DNA from: a bacterium
GTDB lineage: Bacteria > Patescibacteriota > Saccharimonadia > Saccharimonadales > SZUA-47
Assembly (NCBI GenBank): GCA_030427125.1
Contig: JAUHXF010000001.1
Location: 116,102-180,101 of the forward strand
DNA length: 64,000 nucleotides
Direction: 5' to 3'
The position numbers were made by a program, and so were the translations under genes. Of the stretch, positions 57,863 through 64,000 are shown piece after piece. Numbering within the stretch: the first letter of the stretch is position 1; each line of letters starts with the position of its first letter. The notes beneath the pieces are model-generated. The model did not search any database. It was not told the DNA's origin and saw only the letters and a program-made list of their open reading frames with translations.

Positions 57863-58996
57863 TTGTCGGGTACTATGTTAACGATCACCATGCACAAAAA
57901 ACTTACACACCTAGAAGTAGAAGGTTTATTGAAACAGAATGATAGCTTAAGCGTCCACGACGAAATGTCCTATGTAGCCGAGGAGCTTTTTGATATCGAG
58001 TTCCCGCAGAAAAAAGACAATAAATCTGAGAAAGAAATAGAAAAATTTTTTAATAAATTGACGAACAACGACCCAAATAACTGGGGTAGTTGGTTCTATT
58101 ATCCATGGCTTGGAAAGATTGTTCATGTGCCGCCAGTGGAGCAGTTTAGGGCGCTGAGAACCTCACGGAATAGAAATCTCGTCACCAAAGAAGAGCAGGA
58201 GCAGCTATATAACACGACAATATTGGTTGCAGGGCTGAGTGTCGGTAGTAACATAGTCGAGGCATTAGTCTCACAGGGAATAGGGGGCAAACTCGTCTTG
58301 GCGGACATGGATGTAATAGAGCCGAGTAACCTCAACAGAATTAGATCTCCGTATCATCACGTCGGATTACAAAAAACTGAGGCGATTGCTCAAAAATCGT
58401 ATGAGATAGACCCATATCTGGAAATAGTTCAGGTGACTGACGGCGTTAGCAATGAAACATTGGCTGAGATCTTAGAATCCGAAGGCATCGATGTGATAGT
58501 AGATGAAATCGATGATTTACCTATGAAGATAGCCATAAGGAAACATGCAAAAGCTCACGCTTTGCCGGTTGTTATGGCGGCAGATGACGGTGACAACTCA
58601 CTGGTTGAAATAGAGCGGTTTGACGAAAACAGTGAATTACCGATTTTCAATAATAGAATCCCAGAACCTATCTTAGACAAAGTTGAAAACGGTGATGTAA
58701 CTAGGGCAGAACAAGGTGTGATAATTGGTAAATACTTCGTAGGGTTTGAGCATGTTCCTTTGAGGATGTTTGAATCATTAGTCGAAGTAGGAAAGACTTT
58801 ACCGAGCTGGCCTCAGTTGGGCGGTGCGGCTACGTTATCAGGTGTTGCAATTGCGTACATCGTAAAAAGAATTGTTTTAGGTCAAGATGTACTGTCTGGA
58901 CAGACACTCATATCACTGGATGAAAAGTTGACCGAAGAACATAAAAGCTCAGAATACCAAGAAGCAAAACAAGCAATTATAAATAAAATGCAATAA
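57863..58996 (+). CDS. ThiF/MoeB/E1-like adenylyltransferase-fold protein with ~110-aa N-terminal extension
   Basis: Nucleotide-binding VAGLSVGSNIVEAL and LADMDVIEPSNLNRI motifs. Confidence 0.6.
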   Translation: MSGTMLTITMHKKLTHLEVEGLLKQNDSLSVHDEMSYVAEELFDIEFPQKKDNKSEKEIEKFFNKLTNNDPNNWGSWFYYPWLGKIVHVPPVEQFRALRTSRNRNLVTKEEQEQLYNTTILVAGLSVGSNIVEALVSQGIGGKLVLADMDVIEPSNLNRIRSPYHHVGLQKTEAIAQKSYEIDPYLEIVQVTDGVSNETLAEILESEGIDVIVDEIDDLPMKIAIRKHAKAHALPVVMAADDGDNSLVEIERFDENSELPIFNNRIPEPILDKVENGDVTRAEQGVIIGKYFVGFEHVPLRMFESLVEVGKTLPSWPQLGGAATLSGVAIAYIVKRIVLGQDVLSGQTLISLDEKLTEEHKSSEYQEAKQAIINKMQ

Positions 58997-58998
58997 TC

Positions 58999-60525
58999 AT
59001 GGATAAAACATTACACACACCCTATCTAAACGAAGCAAAAAGCTTATTGAGCGATGTTAAAAAATACAAACAACCTTATTGGACAGAGAGAGGCGAAGCT
59101 GCGGCATTGAAACTTTTTCATGAAGCGGCTACAAGAATCCCTGCCTACAAGGATTTTTTAGAAAAACAAGGATTCGATCCAGATTCAGTCGTGACTATTG
59201 AGGACTTTCAAAAGGTGCCTCTCACCAGTAAAGATAATTACTTAAGAAAATATAAACGCAGTGAATTGTGTTGGGATGGGAATTTCACAAACAATAGTTG
59301 GACAATAAGTGCAACTTCGGGTTCGACAGGCAAGCCTTTCTACTTCCCAAGACAAGATGTCCATAATGACTACTACGCACTAACTGCTGAAATGTATTTG
59401 CTAGAGCACTTCAAAATCGATCAAAAGTCTACTCTCTATGTAGACGCTTTTGCTATGGGAGTATGGATTGGCGGTGTATTCACATACGAATCTGTCAGAA
59501 AGGTCGCCGAAAGAGGCTACGACATTAGTGTGGTTACGCCAGGCATTAATACAGATGAAGTCCTAAACTGTGTACGTGAGCTCGGTGGAGAGTTTGATCA
59601 AGTTATTATTGGTTGTTATCCACCGATACTGAAGGACATAGTAGATATAGGTGTAGAACAGGGTATCGAGTGGTCGGACTATAACCTGGGTATAGTCTTC
59701 TCTGCTGAGGGCTTTAGTGAATCATTTAGACAGTATATTTTTGACAAAGCTAATTTGAAAGATTCGTACCTGTCTACCCTTAATCACTACGGGACTGTTG
59801 ATATGGGTACAATGAGTCATGAGACTGCGCTAACGAATCTTATTAGGAAGAATCTAGCCGATAGCGATGAGCTATCACGGTCAATATTCGGAAAAACCAA
59901 AAAGTTACCAACTCTGACACAATTTCTACCAGAACAGTTTTACTTTGAGCAAGTAGATGGGAATGTAGTCTGTACATCAAACAGTGGCTATCCGCTTATA
60001 AGGTATGATCTGAAGGATATTGGTGGTGTGCTCACAATGGAAGAGGTAGAAGTAGCCTATCGAGAATCTGGGGCTAGTCTCAGGGATGAGGCGTCTCGAG
60101 CGCATATCGACGGGCATATATGGAACCTGCCCTTCGTATATCTATTTGAGAGGGCAGATTTCTCTGTGACCTTTTCCGGAGCTCAAATATATCCTGAAGA
60201 AGTAAAAAAGGCCTTGCTAAATCCAGAGCTACACGATTCAGTAACAGGTAAGCTCACGTTAATTAGTGATTATGACGAAGAAGCACGTAACTACCTGGAA
60301 GTGCACATAGAGCTTCGTCGGGGTGTTGATGCCAGCAAAGATCTAGAGAACTTAGTACAAGAGAAAGTTGTTGAAATTCTTATAGCCGAGAATTCCGAAT
60401 ATCGAGTTTTACATCAAGCCAACCCCGATAAACTTTTACCAAACATAAAACTATGGCCCTTTAAACACGAAGAGCATTTCTCTGGAAAAGGAAAGCAAGT
60501 CTGGAGCAAGAAGCGTCAGAGGTAG
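58999..60525 (+). CDS. PaaK/CapK-like adenylate-forming enzyme (phenylacetate-CoA ligase / F390 synthetase family)
   Basis: AMP-binding motif SATSGSTGKPFYFP and PaaK-like size and topology. Starts 3 nt after the E1-like gene. Confidence 0.55.
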   Translation: MDKTLHTPYLNEAKSLLSDVKKYKQPYWTERGEAAALKLFHEAATRIPAYKDFLEKQGFDPDSVVTIEDFQKVPLTSKDNYLRKYKRSELCWDGNFTNNSWTISATSGSTGKPFYFPRQDVHNDYYALTAEMYLLEHFKIDQKSTLYVDAFAMGVWIGGVFTYESVRKVAERGYDISVVTPGINTDEVLNCVRELGGEFDQVIIGCYPPILKDIVDIGVEQGIEWSDYNLGIVFSAEGFSESFRQYIFDKANLKDSYLSTLNHYGTVDMGTMSHETALTNLIRKNLADSDELSRSIFGKTKKLPTLTQFLPEQFYFEQVDGNVVCTSNSGYPLIRYDLKDIGGVLTMEEVEVAYRESGASLRDEASRAHIDGHIWNLPFVYLFERADFSVTFSGAQIYPEEVKKALLNPELHDSVTGKLTLISDYDEEARNYLEVHIELRRGVDASKDLENLVQEKVVEILIAENSEYRVLHQANPDKLLPNIKLWPFKHEEHFSGKGKQVWSKKRQR

Positions 60526-60558
60526 TTTTTTCCTACAAACCACCTTATAATCAAGCTA

Positions 60559-62754
60559 ATGCTTTTAACGATTTCTATCACTGCTCTTGTAGTTCAGGCG
60601 CTTGTTGCACTAGTTGTCCTTCTTAAAGACAGAAAAGAATCCTCTCATATTTACTTTAGCCTACTTTCATTTGCACTGTTGTTTTGGGCACTATCAAGTT
60701 TCATGTTCGAGGCATACGAAAGTGCACAAACTATCGCTACAGTTCGTCTTACAATGTTTTTTGTAGTACTTCAGAATACGTTTTTTGCGTTCTTTAGTTA
60801 TTCTCTGGCAAAAACGAGCGTCTCAAAAAGAAAGAGAAACTCATACATTATTTTTTCGGTTATTACTGCCTTGGTGGCCTTGTCCCCGATCTTATTTACC
60901 GGGCTAGAAGAAGGGCAGAATGGTACATACCCAGTGGCAGGCCCAGGTATGCTGTTTTTCATAATTCATGCCCTAGCCTCTATCATTTACGGGTTCAGGT
61001 GTATGGTTAGCGCTCTTCACGACGCAAATGACCACGAAAAGAAGCAGCTAGAGGTAATTGTTGCTGGGTCAGTGATTTTGTGGGGTGTGGTGCCAGCAAC
61101 CAACTTTATTTACTCGATAACTCTCCAGACCACTTTCTTTGGGCTGTTTAGCCCGCTTTACGGATTAGCATTTTCGTCGCTTATTGCGTATGCAATTGTT
61201 AAACACAGACTGTTCGATATTCGTGCTGTTGCTACTCGTGCCGTTGGTTATGTAATTATTACCGGGGTAGTAGCTGTTACTTATGTTGTTTTGGCTAACT
61301 TGCTTCAAGCAATAGTGTTTGAAGACACGGAGATATCTACAGGATTTCTGTTGTTCAATATAACTCTTACAGTCACGTTAATCATCCTTTATCCATATCT
61401 AAAAAGAGTCATTGATCATCTGTCAAACAGTATCTTTTACAGAGATAATTATGACACACAGTCTTTTATTGACGAGCTTAATCAGGCTTTAGTGACGGAT
61501 GTAGAAGTCGAGTCACTTTTAAAGAAAACAGCAAAAATAATCGAAACAAATCTTAAAGCTTCATATTGTGGATTTTATATTCGTGAAACAGCGTATTTTC
61601 CTAGTCGCTTTGTATCTACTCAGTCAAAGAAATTGCCTACAGCCGACCTAGAAAGGATTCGTCAGGTTTCCCCTGAAATATCACAACTTGTGTACACACT
61701 CGACTCTAAGCCTCTGAATAACGAAGAGAAAATTCTTGAAGAGGTGATGAAGAAGAACGACATTGAAATTATTGGTAGACTGGTCAGTACCTTAAAGTAT
61801 GAGGTAGCTGGTGTGGGGTTCCTAGTTGTAGGACCGAAGAAATCAGGAAGTTCGTATACAGATCAGGACATAAAGGTGGTTGAGATAATCTCTAATGAGC
61901 TCGTATTGGCTGTTGAAAACGCGCTACGTCTCGAAGAAATTGAGAAGTTCAACGTTACCCTGCAGAAAAAGATTGATGAGGCGACGAAAGAGCTCAAAGA
62001 GAGTAACGACAAGCTTAAAGCGCTCGACGAAGCGAAGGATGAGTTCGTCTCAATGGCCTCGCATCAATTACGAACACCGCTCACCTCTATAAAAGGTTAT
62101 ATTTCCATGGTACTTGAAGAAGATGCAGGAAAGATAAACGAGACGCAGAAGAAAATGTTAGGTCAGGCGTTCTTTAGTTCGCAGCGGATGGTGTACTTGA
62201 TCTCTGATTTGTTGAACGTATCACGCTTAAAGACAGGGAAGTTTATTATAGAAACAAGACCAATTAACCTCGCCGACCTTGTCGAGTCGGAGCTTAATCA
62301 GTTGCAGGAAGGGGCCGTTGCCAAGAGTCAGACACTGTCATTCACGAAGCCAAAGGATTTTCCAATGCTCCACCTCGATGATATGAAGATTCGCCAAGTA
62401 GTTATGAATTTCACAGATAATGCGATGTATTACACCCCTGTTGGTGGAAAAATAACCATTGAGCTGAAAGATAAGAAAGGCAGTGTTGAGTTTACGGTAA
62501 AAGACAGTGGAATCGGTGTGCCAAAGAAGGAACAGCCAAAGTTGTTTACGAAGTTCTATCGTGCAGAAAACGCGCGAAAAGCTCGCCCTGACGGTACAGG
62601 CTTGGGACTGTTTATGGCTAAAAAGGTGGTCGTTGCACAAGGCGGAGCTATCATTTTCTCTTCGAAAGAGGGCAAAGGAAGTACCTTTGGATTTAGCTTC
62701 CCGAAGGAAAGACTGCTCGTGAAAAATGAGCCTAGCAGTAACGGTAAGAGTTAG
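60559..62754 (+). CDS. sensor histidine kinase with N-terminal multi-pass membrane sensor domain
   Basis: ~7 TM helices, a cytoplasmic linker with coiled-coil, H-box SMASHQLRTPLTSI, and N/G boxes (GTGLGLFMAKK). Confidence 0.8.
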   Translation: MLLTISITALVVQALVALVVLLKDRKESSHIYFSLLSFALLFWALSSFMFEAYESAQTIATVRLTMFFVVLQNTFFAFFSYSLAKTSVSKRKRNSYIIFSVITALVALSPILFTGLEEGQNGTYPVAGPGMLFFIIHALASIIYGFRCMVSALHDANDHEKKQLEVIVAGSVILWGVVPATNFIYSITLQTTFFGLFSPLYGLAFSSLIAYAIVKHRLFDIRAVATRAVGYVIITGVVAVTYVVLANLLQAIVFEDTEISTGFLLFNITLTVTLIILYPYLKRVIDHLSNSIFYRDNYDTQSFIDELNQALVTDVEVESLLKKTAKIIETNLKASYCGFYIRETAYFPSRFVSTQSKKLPTADLERIRQVSPEISQLVYTLDSKPLNNEEKILEEVMKKNDIEIIGRLVSTLKYEVAGVGFLVVGPKKSGSSYTDQDIKVVEIISNELVLAVENALRLEEIEKFNVTLQKKIDEATKELKESNDKLKALDEAKDEFVSMASHQLRTPLTSIKGYISMVLEEDAGKINETQKKMLGQAFFSSQRMVYLISDLLNVSRLKTGKFIIETRPINLADLVESELNQLQEGAVAKSQTLSFTKPKDFPMLHLDDMKIRQVVMNFTDNAMYYTPVGGKITIELKDKKGSVEFTVKDSGIGVPKKEQPKLFTKFYRAENARKARPDGTGLGLFMAKKVVVAQGGAIIFSSKEGKGSTFGFSFPKERLLVKNEPSSNGKS

Positions 62755-62921
62755 AAACTTTCTAAGCAACGTTTTCTAAGCAACGTATATAGTGATAATT
62801 ATCTCATTGCACGATGGCGTTTATAGTGCTGTAATAGTATTGATTTGCATGTTAAGAATTCTGCGGGAGTCTAGCATAAATAAAGGCGTTTAAGCATAAG
62901 GAGTACACCTATATAATAGTG

Positions 62922-62950
62922 TTGACAAAAAAAGAAGCATATGGTAATAT
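62922..62950 (+). promoter_or_regulatory. sigma70-type promoter (TTGACA-17 nt-TAATAT) for downstream partial CDS
   Basis: Consensus -35 and near-consensus -10 with a 17-nt spacer. An AAGGAGAG RBS lies at 62991. Confidence 0.55.
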
Positions 62951-63004
62951 GTAACGGAAAATCTCATTATGTTAAGAGGTGGGATTCAATAAGGAGAGAA
63001 TAAC

Positions 63005-64000
63005 TATGTCAATGACACCAGAGCAATTAGCTGAGTATGGACTACCAGAAACAGCGTTTCAGGTTACTCCGGAAGCAATGCTATCAGCAACCCAAGAAGT
63101 ACCCGAAGACAATAGAGGTATTTTCCATAAAGCAATAGATAAGCTAAAAAGTCCGTTTACGAAAGCAGCTATTGTCGCTGGAGCCGGAACTTTAGTACTA
63201 GGAGCGTGTGGCGGTGACGATGATGCAGTAGGCAGCACCGACATGCCACCTGTAACCACTACAGCAACCGAGACTACAGACCCGACAGCAACAACCGTTG
63301 CTGCAGACGGAGATGAGCCTGTTGATACAGTTTCTGATCTCGAAGCCCGAGGTATGGCAAATGATGAAGCAGTGCGCAAACGATTGCGTGACACTGGCAT
63401 GGATGAAGATCTTATTGCTGAAATTGTTGGTATAAAGAGCATCGTAGAGGGTTCGGCTGATAAATGTGTAGCTCGAGTTGATTCTGCTATGAGCGAAGAA
63501 CTTACTGTTGAAACTGAACATGGCGCGTTCATTCGTCGTGAAAACGTACAGTCAGCAGGTATACTTGGCGGCCTTATTACGAATGGTGGTGTAAATCAGT
63601 TTACTGATTCAGTATCGCGCGATTACAAAGACGGTGAAGGTGATACTCGTGAAGAAGTGGCTGAATACTTTGCACAAGGTGTTGAAAATGATGAAATCCG
63701 AATGGAAGCATTGCAAGAAGCAGCTGCACGACTCTGTGCAGACCCATATTCAGCAGCATCTGGTGCAGTAATGATTGCTAATGCTGAACTCGGTAACTCG
63801 GGTGTTCGACTCGGTGAAATCTTTACTGGTCTTGAAGAGTACGTTGTAGACGGTGAACGAACTGAAGAAGCAATGGATGAGAAGTACGAAATTGCTCTCG
63901 AAGACTTCCTTGGTGAACCGAATGCAGACAATGAAGATGTCGTAGATGCATACTATACGCAGCAGGAGAAGGCAGCGACTATGGCCGCTATTCTTGAGTC
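63005..64000 (+). CDS. hypothetical acidic protein, 3'-truncated by window end (possible lipoprotein-like segment LVLGACGG)
   Basis: Open frame from the ATG after a strong RBS to the window edge. Not in the ORF track because there is no stop within the window. The antisense ORFs listed here are probably spurious. Confidence 0.35.

Noticed and set aside
63059-63931. Minus-strand ORFs 63059..63532, 63198..63521, 63623..63931
   Set aside because: They are antisense to a long plus-strand open frame that begins at 63005 with a strong promoter and RBS. The low-complexity Ser/Ala-rich translations are typical of antisense artefacts.
1-64000. CRISPR arrays, integrases, transposases and prophage structural genes
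   Set aside because: No short regularly spaced repeats and no recombinase-like ORFs were seen. The phage-like tail-collar domains are embedded in a cellular adhesin gene, not in a phage module.

Overview
The window looks like a low-GC, gene-dense chromosome segment from a reduced-genome bacterium. Gene content and the Gram-positive-like envelope logic (sortase, no pilus secretin) suggest a Candidate Phyla Radiation / Saccharibacteria-like organism; this is inference only.

Identifiable content:
- 1–2.2 kb: ruvA, an inserted alpha/beta hydrolase, ruvB.
- 2.9–9.8 kb: a type IV pilus block on the minus strand (pilB, pilC, a major pilin, pilM, pilN, pilO and a Cys-rich secreted hypothetical). It is divergent from a recA–hypothetical–recX operon.
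- 12.5–13.4 kb: tsaE and a short tsaB.
- 18.2–19.7 kb: rny (RNase Y).
- Peptidoglycan genes are scattered rather than clustered: a MurE-like ligase, mraY, murB, a MurD-like ligase next to a PP-loop ATPase, and a MurA with a fused N-terminal XRE helix-turn-helix domain.
- Other housekeeping: glyA, folC, folD, cls, an inositol monophosphatase (IMPase)-family enzyme, an aspartate-type aminotransferase, an orphan receiver domain and a multi-TM sensor histidine kinase.
- A copper module: a CsoR-family repressor with a palindromic operator, a CopB-type (CPH-motif) P1B ATPase, and an adjacent His/Met-rich membrane protein and BNR-repeat protein.
- Six tRNAs: Pro(TGG) on plus; His(GTG), Arg(TCT), Gly(TCC), Lys(CTT) and Arg(TCG) on minus.

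The most unusual region is a ~20 kb cell-surface island at 13.7–33.4 kb:
- Two PATR/beta-helix proteins with a non-canonical C-terminal sorting signal (APxTG + TM + basic tail), followed by a sortase with a long Q/P/K-rich N-terminal extension.
- A 1267-aa protein carrying eight phage tail-collar-like repeats, arranged as two tandem blocks.
- A 1686-aa protein with three H-type-lectin-like domains and a LamG-like domain.
- A 352-aa secreted protein sharing the same ~150-aa C-terminal module as the two giants.
- Two paralogous signal-peptide/C-terminal-TM proteins and an Ig-like TM-anchored protein.
This architecture resembles a WxL/Csc-type surface complex plus phage-like receptor-binding modules. 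I propose it as a candidate host-attachment system.

Other points: a 33-bp palindromic repeat of 11-nt units sits at the 3' ends of recX and folD and supplies their last codons and stops. A ThiF/E1-like plus PaaK-like adenylate-forming gene pair is also present. I found no CRISPR array, transposase or integrase.
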